A stretch of DNA of 59,154 nucleotides, filler included. It is 6 parts of 6 records of this genome, joined end to end, with 100 filler letters (N's around TTAATTAATTAA, not from the genome) between each part and the next. Parts side by side here need not be neighbours in the genome. Positions count along the whole stretch, not along the records: positions 50,688 to 59,154 come from SRR31147125_36053; 5 more parts are not named here. One strand, written 5' to 3'. Below are positions 50,956-59,154 of the stretch, in pieces. Under the pieces are notes generated by a model. That model saw only the letters and a list, made by a program, of their open reading frames with translations, was not told the origin of the DNA and did no database searches. Numbering within the stretch: position 1 is the stretch's first letter; each line of letters opens with the position of its first letter. The position numbers and the translations under genes are program-made.

Positions 50956-53036
50956 ATGACAAAATTTATAGGTTATTTTCTACTACTGTTTTATATCGTA
51001 ATCATTGCGTGTTCCAGCAACACCAATATTTATGTCTCAGAACAGGGTAGCGACGATGGAAATGGTTCCTTGAAAAAGCCGTTCCAAACAATTGAAAAAG
51101 CCAAAGATTTTATCCGTAAAAAGAGAGTCGATGGAGATAAACTCCCCTACAGTATTTTAATTAGAAAGGGCGACTATTATTTTACACAAACAGCTCAGTT
51201 TACAAAAGCCGACAGTAATTTAACCATTATGCCATACAAGGATGAAAAGGTGAGTTTTACCGGAGGCGTTTCTATTGATCCCGCCAATGCTTTGCCCCTT
51301 ATGGGAACAGAAAAAGAAAACCTATTCCCGGCGGAAAACCGTGCAAATATTTTAATGATAAATTTAAAAAAGCTTGGAATAACAGATTTTGGGGAGTTGC
51401 ATCCAACCGGATTTGGTCACCCAAAGACCCCGGTTTGGATGGAAATTTTTGTGAATGATGTTCCTATCACCTTGCCCGATGGCCAAACTATTCATCCATT
51501 CCAATTGGTGAAGTATTAAACAAAGGTTCTCTGCCTTTAAAAGGCGATGACAGAAATATAGGAGGAAAATTTATTTACAATGTGAATCGCCCTTCAAAAT
51601 GGAAAAATACGGATGACATCTGGATATTTGGTTTCTTTTATAACGGTTGGGCAGATGATGCAATGAAACTTGCATCAATCGACACCATTACAAGAACATT
51701 TACAACAGCACAGCCGCATCGCTATGGGTTTAGAAACATCAAACCCTATAATAAATGGTATGGCTATAATATAGCTGAAGAAATTGACACGTCTGGTGAA
51801 TATTATATAGATAGAAAAGAAGGAATCCTGTATTTCTATAATCCTGGAGAAATTGAAACCATAAAAGTTTCTGTTTTTAAAGAGCCATTTATCTCCATAA
51901 ACGGTTCTTCAAATATTGCGGTTAAAAACATTACTTTTGATTGTACGCGGGGAATTGCGGCTGAAATGTTCAAAACTGAAAATTGTGTTTTTCAGAATTG
52001 TACCTTCAAAAATATTGGTATTTATGCTGTAAACATTAATTACGAAGAGAATTCTGAAAATAATAATACTCCCGTTGCCAGTAAAAACAATGGCTTAAAA
52101 GATTGTACCGTTGCCCAAACTGGATCAGGAGGGATTGTGTTGTACGGGGGGAACCGGAATACGCTTGAAAGTTCAGGGAATTATGTTGAAAACTGTTTCA
52201 TTCATGATTTTAACCGCATTTCAAAAACCTATTGTGCAGGCATAAAAATATCGGGAGTTGGCAACCGTATTTCGCACAATGAAATTTATAACTCTCCACA
52301 TGCTGCAATTCTGCTTAAAGGGAACGACCACCTGATTGAATATAACGATATTCATGATGTGTGTAAGGCTACCGATGATGTAGGAGCGTTTTATTATGGG
52401 CGCAATCCTTCGGAAAGAGGCAATGTAGTTAAATATAATTATTTTCATCATATTGGAACTGCAGGCTTAAGGTCATCTGCTATCTATCATGACGATGGGG
52501 CTTGTGCTTTAACTGTTATTGGAAATGTTTTATACAAAGCAGGAGTTTTCCCTACTCTTATTGGCGGAGGAAGTGATAACATTTACACCAACAATATTTT
52601 TATTGATGATACCATTGGAATAAAAGTGGATAATCGATTCCAGGCTTTTGAATGGGCAAAACCACATATTGCAAAGGGAGGCGTGATTGACCAAAAACTA
52701 AACGAAATACATTACAATCAACCGCCTTACAGTACAAAATATCCTGAATTAGTGAACTACTGGAACGAAAATCCTGCCTTCCCGAAACGAAATCTGATTG
52801 ACAAGAATGTATTTGTTCGGGTGGATAAATTAATTTTAAAGGTGGACGAAGGTGTAAATTCGGATAAAGATTTTCTTGATTTTACTGAGAATAACTATAT
52901 AACAGATGAAAACCCTGGATTTGAAGATATAGAGAATCAAAACTTTAAGCTTAAAAACACATCTGAAATATTTACAAAAGTGCCTGGTTTCGAGCAATTA
53001 CCATTTGAAAAGATTGGACCAATAAAAGGGAAATAG
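50956..53036 (+). CDS. right-handed beta-helix lipoprotein (GH141-like), frameshift near 51465
   Basis: GSDDGNGSLKKPFQTIEKA, (YH)LARWPN after the shift, EEIDTSGEYY, DVGAFY, AIYHDDG. Confidence 0.8.
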
Positions 53037-53063
53037 GAAATAAAGCAATTTAATTACAACAGT

Positions 53064-54340
53064 ATGAAGAGATCAATATTATTATCAATAATAATCATTT
53101 CTTGTTTGTGTGTATCAGGACAAGATTTAAATTATGCAAAAGAAATCGTTAAAACACTTTCTTCTCCTGAATTTAAAGGAAGAGGCTATGTTGGAAATGG
53201 GCATAAAATTGCGGCAAAATACATCAGCAAACAATATGCAGAAATTGGGTTAAAATCATTTGGCAAAAACTATTTTCAACCTTTTGAAATAGATGCCAAT
53301 ACATTTCCATCGAAAATGAAACTCAAGTTCGACGGAGAGGAACTCATTCCCGGCGAAGATTATATTATCGATCCAAAATCGGCATCTTTAAAAGGAAAAT
53401 ATCCAATTCTGGTAATCAGGGAACAAGATTTATTGGATAAAACAAAGCTAACCGATGTAGTTGAAAATTCTTTAGGGAAAGTTTTAATTATTGATGATCT
53501 AAAATCTGGAATAAAAGACAAAGAAGATATAGCGAAAATAAAAGAGTTAATCAACTATTTAAAATACAGTCCAGAAGTTCCTTCAGTTGCAACTATTATT
53601 TATACAGATAAAAAACTAACATGGGGTGGTTCTACAGTCCAAAAATTAAAAACATCATTTATTGTAAATAAAGAGCTTAACCTGAAAGTATAGATGAAGT
53701 AAGCATTGATGTAAAAGCCAAATTTATAAAATGCGAGACAAAAAATATTGTAGGTTATATCGAGGGAACAGAAAAACCTGATTCATTTTTAGTTATAACG
53801 GGGCATTACGATCATTTAGGCAAAATGGGCTCAGAAATGTATATTCCCGGAGCAAACGATAATGCCAGTGGGATTGCAATGTTACTAAGTTTGGCAAAAC
53901 ACTACAAAGCAAATCCGCACAAATATTCCATTGTTTTTATCTCGTTAGCAGCTGAAGAAATGGGAATACTTGGAGCAAAACATTTTGTAGAAAATCCACT
54001 ATTTGATCTTGATAGAATTCGTTTTCTGGTTAATTTCGATATGGCAGGAACAGGAGATGAAGGAATTAAAGTAGTAAATGGAACTGCTCTTAGAAAAGAA
54101 TTTGACTTATTGAACGATATAAATAAACAAAACAATTACATCCCTTCGGTTAACATTAGAGGAGAGTCGTGTAACAGCGATCATTGTATGTTCTATCAAC
54201 AGGGAGTACCAAGCTTCTTTATTTATACAATGGGTGGGATTCAGGCATATCATGATATATACGACAGGTATGAGACCTTACCATTTACTGCATTTAAAGG
54301 ATATTCAGAACTAATGATCAATTTTTTCGAAACTTTTTAA
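53064..54340 (+). CDS. M28 family aminopeptidase, frameshift near 53685
   Basis: FKGRGYV; GHYDHLG, GANDNASG, AAEEMG, NFDMAG, SDH, YHDIYD. One added A joins the parts. Confidence 0.88.
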
Positions 54341-54348
54341 ACGAAATT

Positions 54349-55451
54349 ATGACACCACGAGAAAGAGTTCTAAAAGCATTTAAACGTATTATGGTCTTCC
54401 TGACAGAATCCCGATTCAGTTTGAACTGTGCCGTCAACTGGCCGAACATTTTGGAAAAGAATTAAACATTCCCGTTAAATATACCAACAATCTGTACGAA
54501 GATGTGACCTATCGCATAAGTGCCAATGAGTTACGTGTTGCCATGGGAAGCGATGTGGTGGTAACCGGTGCTTCTGTTTCTGACGAATTTAAGATTGAAA
54601 CAGACGAGAATGGGTACTGGCTAAATGAATTCGGCATGAAAATGCGGCAGGGATCCATTTATGTAGAGGTGATTGATTATCCATTGGCACATGTAGAAAC
54701 AAAGGCCGACATCGATAATTTCAGGTTTCCCGATCCGTTCGCTCCGGGGCGCTACCGTGATGCGGAAAATCTTGTACAAAAATACAAAAATGATTACCTC
54801 ATATTTGGCGATATTGAAGTGACAGTATTTTCATTAGGCCATCAGCTTGTGGGAATGGAAAAATTACTTATCGATATGATGATGGAGGCAGAATATGTTA
54901 TTTCCTTATTTGAAGCCTGTGCTGAATTTCAGACTCAAATAGGATTACAACTCATAAAACGAGGAGTAGATGCCATTTGGTTTGGCGATGATTTTGGAAC
55001 CCAAACCAGCCTGATTATTCCACCGGAAATTTTTCGGACACAGCTAAAACCCATCTATAAAAAAATGGTAGACCGTTTTAAAGAGGCTAATCCAGATATT
55101 ATTCCAATCCTGCATTGCGATGGAGCAGTTGCCGATCTGCTGGATGATATCCACGAAATTGGTTTCGAGGTTTTTAACCCGGTACAGCCCGGCGTTCCCG
55201 GACATCTTCCACAAGACATGAAAACAAATTTTGGTGATAAGTTTGCTTTCTGGGGAGCCATCGACCAACAAGATTTGTTACCCCATGGAACCGACGAAGA
55301 ACTGGAAAAGGATATCGTCGAAAAGATAAATATTCTGGGAAAGGACGGCGGATACATGATAGCACCTGCTCATATTCTGCAGAATGATGTATCTCCGGAA
55401 CGCGTACTAAAATTTATTGAACTTTGTAAAAAGCACGGGAATATATATTGA
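54349..55451 (+). CDS. uroporphyrinogen decarboxylase-like (MtaA/CmuA-type) protein, frameshift near 54390
   Basis: MTPRERVLKAF..(G)LPDRIP; GDDFGTQ, LHCDG, NPVQP, WGAIDQQ, GGYMIAPAH. Confidence 0.85.
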
Positions 55452-55519
55452 GATTTAACAACTTTTCCAGGGATAAAGACAAAGTGCTTTTTTTACGACT
55501 AAAAACAACACAAAATATT

Positions 55520-57250
55520 ATGAATTACAAAACATTCGCCTTTTTGTTTATTCTGGCAATATTAGCCGGAACTTCATCTACTTATGCATGTACGAACCTT
55601 ATTATTACCAAAGGCGCCAGTAAAGATGGTTCTGTAATGATAACCTATGCTGCCGATTCGCATATACGATATGGAGCAGCGGTATTTTTACCGGCAGCCA
55701 ATCATAAACCGGGCGATGTTCGTGAAGTTTTTCATTACGAGAACGGTAAGTTTATGGGAACTATCCCCGAAGTTGAACATACCTATTCGGTTGTACATTT
55801 TATAAATGAATTTCAAGTCGCTGTTGGAGAATCAACGTTTGGCGGATTAGGAGCTTTGTACGGACAGAAAAATGCCATTCTTGACTATGGATCGCTTATG
55901 CGCATTGGCTTGCAACGCTCGAAAACGGCACGCGAACTGATAAAAGTAATGACAGAACTGGTGGCTGAATACGGTTATGCGTCGGGTGGCGAATCATTCT
56001 CTATTTCGGATCCAAATGAAGCATGGATTATGGAAATGGTTGGAAGAGGCAAATCCGGGAGAGGTGCTATTTGGGTAGCTCGTCTCGTTCCGGATGGTTA
56101 TGTGTCAGGTCATGCTAACCATGCACGGATTATGACTTTCCCGCTGCAAAAAACAAACGATTGGGACAATCAGGAACAAACGGTTTATCACTCGCCCGAT
56201 GTTGTTAGCTTTGCCAAAGAACATGGTTTTTACCAGGGGAAAGATGACGAATTCAGTTTTGCAGATGTTTATAATCCTCTCGATTTTGGCGGTGCCCGTT
56301 ATTGCGAAGCACGTGTTTGGTCGTTTTTTAGAAAAATGAATACCGAAATCAGAGATAATCAAAATTATACTGATTTTGTAATGGGAAATATCGAACACAA
56401 TAAAAAGTTTAATGATGGCACTGCTAATCCCAATGCTTTTGTTTCAAACAGGCTCCCTTTATGGGTAAAACCCGACTCTCTTGTTGCTCTGAAACAGGTC
56501 ATGGATGCCATGCGCGACCATTACGAAGATACTCCTATGGATATGCGAAACGGAAAAGGTGCTGGTCCTTTTGAATGTCCTTACCGATGGCGCCCAATGA
56601 CCTTTAAAGTAGATGGACAAACCTACCTTAACGAGCGGGCCATTGCCACACAGCAAACCGGCTATAGCTTTGTAACTCAGTCGCGCGATTGGTTGTCGGC
56701 TCCCATCGGCGGTATTATCTGGTTTGGTGTAGACGATCCCGACGGCTGCGTTTACAGCCCTTTTTATTGCGGGATAAAAGAAATCCCCGAAAGTTACAGG
56801 GTTGGAAACGGCTCCATGATTTCATGGTCCGAAACATCAGCATTCTGGACTTTCAATCAGCTTACCAATTGGGCTTATACACGCTACAATATTATTCATC
56901 CGGAAGTGGAAAAATACCAGTCTCAACTGGAAAACCAATTTATCGATGAAATCGGGGTGGTTGACCAACTGGCAGCAAAACGTTTCAAAAATAATCCGGA
57001 ATCTGCCTTAAACTATATCACTCAATATTCCATTTTCACAGGAAATAAGCTGGTAAACGACTGGAAAAAATTCTATCAATACCTGTTTATGAGATATATG
57101 GATGGGAATGTGAAAGCGGCAGAGCACATGCAGTTGAAAGACAACGGGAACAACAAGGGGATTCCGCCAATGCCAAAACAACCCGGATATGGGAAAGAAT
57201 GGGAAAAAATAATGATACAGGGAACTGACGACCTGTTAAAAGTGAAATAA
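55520..57250 (+). CDS. C69 family dipeptidase
   Basis: Signal peptide then ACTNLIITKGASKDGS, INEFQVAVGESTFGG, YCEARVWS, ERAIATQQT. Confidence 0.92.
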   Translation: MNYKTFAFLFILAILAGTSSTYACTNLIITKGASKDGSVMITYAADSHIRYGAAVFLPAANHKPGDVREVFHYENGKFMGTIPEVEHTYSVVHFINEFQVAVGESTFGGLGALYGQKNAILDYGSLMRIGLQRSKTARELIKVMTELVAEYGYASGGESFSISDPNEAWIMEMVGRGKSGRGAIWVARLVPDGYVSGHANHARIMTFPLQKTNDWDNQEQTVYHSPDVVSFAKEHGFYQGKDDEFSFADVYNPLDFGGARYCEARVWSFFRKMNTEIRDNQNYTDFVMGNIEHNKKFNDGTANPNAFVSNRLPLWVKPDSLVALKQVMDAMRDHYEDTPMDMRNGKGAGPFECPYRWRPMTFKVDGQTYLNERAIATQQTGYSFVTQSRDWLSAPIGGIIWFGVDDPDGCVYSPFYCGIKEIPESYRVGNGSMISWSETSAFWTFNQLTNWAYTRYNIIHPEVEKYQSQLENQFIDEIGVVDQLAAKRFKNNPESALNYITQYSIFTGNKLVNDWKKFYQYLFMRYMDGNVKAAEHMQLKDNGNNKGIPPMPKQPGYGKEWEKIMIQGTDDLLKVK

Positions 57251-57261
57251 CATCAATCAAT

Positions 57262-59154
57262 ATGTATTTTAAAAGAATAATTTCTCTTTTTATTTCGGCC
57301 TGGATAGCCGGAAGTTTGTGGGCACAAACCAACACCGAAGATTTAACGCAATATGTAAATCCGCTTATTGGAACCCACGAAATGGGACATGTATTTCCGG
57401 GTGCGTGTGTTCCATTTGGTATGGTGCAACTTAGTCCTGACACCGACACCATTCCCTACGATTTTGAAGGAAAATATACCGGTACTGTATATCGGTACTG
57501 CGCAGGTTACCAGTACAACGACCCAACCATTGTCGGTTTTAGCCACACCCATTTTAGTGGGACCGGGCATTCCGATTTGGGCGATTTCTTAATCATGCCA
57601 ACTGTGGGTGATTTAAAACTGAATCCGGGAACAGCAGATAATCCTGAAAGTGGTTACCGCTCGCGTTTCAGCCACAATGATGAAAAAACTGTTCCGGGCT
57701 ATTATCAGGTAAAATTGGAAGATTACGACATTGATGCAGAAATGACAACTGCAGAACACGTCGGATTTCACCAGTACACTTTCCCGGAAAGCGATGATGC
57801 TCATATTATTTTGGATTTGACTCATGGTATTTATAACTACGATGGGAAAGTATTGTGGTCGCAGGCCTGGGTACAAAACGACACCCTTGTAACGGGCTAC
57901 CGTATAACCAGTGGCTGGGCACGTACCAACTACCTGTATTTTGCCATGGTGTTCTCGAAACCCATTGAAAACTTTGGCTGTGAAAATCATGAAGATCAGG
58001 TTTATAAAGGATTTTGGCGCAAATTCGACCAGCAAAATAATTTCCCGGAAATGGGTGGCAGAAACCTGAAAACCCATTTCGATTTTAAAACCAGGGAAGG
58101 AGAAAAAATCAAAGTCAAGTTTGCCATTTCTGCTGTCAGTACCGAAGGTGCCCTTAAAAACCTGAAAGCAGAAATACCACATTTCGATTTTGAAAAAGTG
58201 AAAGCCGAAGCACGCCAAAAATGGCAGAGTGAATTGGAAAAAATTACAATTGATGCTTCACAAGAAAAGAAAGTTGCTTTCTACACTTCTCTTTACCACA
58301 CTTTTATCAACCCGGTTGAATACATGGATGTTGACGGCAGGTATCGCGGCATTGACCATCAAATCCACCAAGCCGATGGTTTTGTAAATTATTCCATCTT
58401 TTCGCTTTGGGATACGTACCGGGCACTGCACCCGCTGCTAACTTTAATCCAGCCCAAACGTACTTCCGATATGGTGAATTCGATGCTGGCCCATTACGAC
58501 CAAAGTGTGCTGGGCATGCTTCCGGTTTGGAGCCATTTTGGAAACGAAAACTGGTGTATGATTGGCTACCACGCAGTACCGGTAATTGCTGATGCCTGGA
58601 TAAATGGCATTCGTGGGTTTGATGCGCAGCATGCATTAGATGCCTGCAGTTCGTCTGCCACAAATAAATATTATGGGAATATCCCCGACTACATGAAACA
58701 CGGATATGTTCCTTATGAAAAAAATGCCACCGGCTCGTCGATGACACTTGAATACGCTTACGATGACTGGACCATTTCGCAACTGGCAAAGTCCATTGGG
58801 AAAAACGATGTTGCGGCTACTTATGAAAAACGGTCGGAAAACTGGAAAAAAATATTTAACGACAAAACAGGTTTTGTGGGAGCGAAAGACAGCAAAGGCA
58901 ACTGGAAACAACCATTCGATGCGCTTCAAACCCACGACGAAGGTTTTATTGAAGGAAACTCATGGAACTATTCGCTTTATGTTCCGCAGGATATTACAGG
59001 CCTTATCGAAAAAATGGGGGGTAATAATCGTTTCTCCAATCACCTGGATTCGCTGTTTAACATGTACCTTCCCGACAAATATTTTGCTGATACCGAAGAT
59101 ATTACCAGAGATGGATTAATGGGCTGTTATGTGCACGGAAACGAACCCAGCCAC
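57262..59154 (+). CDS. GH92 alpha-1,2-mannosidase, 3' partial (missing from the ORF track)
   Basis: Open frame MYFKRII..YVNPLIGT..GHVFPGA.VPFGMVQLSPDT, FSHTHFSGTG, FSLWDTYR, TLEYAYDDW, EGNSWNY, HGNEPSH at the window end. Confidence 0.95.
   Translation, partial: MYFKRIISLFISAWIAGSLWAQTNTEDLTQYVNPLIGTHEMGHVFPGACVPFGMVQLSPDTDTIPYDFEGKYTGTVYRYCAGYQYNDPTIVGFSHTHFSGTGHSDLGDFLIMPTVGDLKLNPGTADNPESGYRSRFSHNDEKTVPGYYQVKLEDYDIDAEMTTAEHVGFHQYTFPESDDAHIILDLTHGIYNYDGKVLWSQAWVQNDTLVTGYRITSGWARTNYLYFAMVFSKPIENFGCENHEDQVYKGFWRKFDQQNNFPEMGGRNLKTHFDFKTREGEKIKVKFAISAVSTEGALKNLKAEIPHFDFEKVKAEARQKWQSELEKITIDASQEKKVAFYTSLYHTFINPVEYMDVDGRYRGIDHQIHQADGFVNYSIFSLWDTYRALHPLLTLIQPKRTSDMVNSMLAHYDQSVLGMLPVWSHFGNENWCMIGYHAVPVIADAWINGIRGFDAQHALDACSSSATNKYYGNIPDYMKHGYVPYEKNATGSSMTLEYAYDDWTISQLAKSIGKNDVAATYEKRSENWKKIFNDKTGFVGAKDSKGNWKQPFDALQTHDEGFIEGNSWNYSLYVPQDITGLIEKMGGNNRFSNHLDSLFNMYLPDKYFADTEDITRDGLMGCYVHGNEPSH

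Noticed and set aside
57343-59119. Several short ORFs in the track (e.g. 57613-58218 minus, 58307-58789 minus)
   Set aside because: They are shadows of the plus-strand GH92 frame, which lacks a stop within the window.

Overview
The window joins six unrelated contigs with artificial 100-bp linkers (N44-TTAATTAATTAA-N44). Taxonomic labels are inferred from gene content only. (1) 1-10975, Desulfobacterota-like: AEC transporter, RND efflux pair plus a DUF4139/4140 gene, PilZ protein, Crp/Fnr (HcpR-like) regulator, hybrid kinase. (2) 11076-26081, Calditrichota/KSB1/Ignavibacteria-like: glycan-utilisation locus, then three degenerate tRNA-Pro 3'-half plus terminator repeats that bracket an AT-rich lipoprotein-metalloprotease gene, then PL9 and GH43. 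(3) 26182-31451, Fusobacteriota-like: OFA MFS, degenerate HD-GYP, DUF3179, YjbR, 5' end of tRNA-Leu. (4) 31552-42918, Bacteroidota: housekeeping genes, hybrid kinase, TolC/HlyD/ABC-permease operon. (5) 43019-50587, deltaproteobacterial-like: giant Ca-binding repeat surface protein, orphan beta-barrel gene, a structured ~310-bp intergenic element, DMT-like protein. (6) 50688-59154, Bacteroidota: hydrolase cluster including a GH92 absent from the ORF track. Many genes are split by single-base deletions, mostly in homopolymer runs, which look like sequencing errors. The best candidate for a new system is the tRNA-Pro-derived repeat/cassette array with integrase-arm-like sites at 19240-22227. The second is the structured element at 48967-49280.
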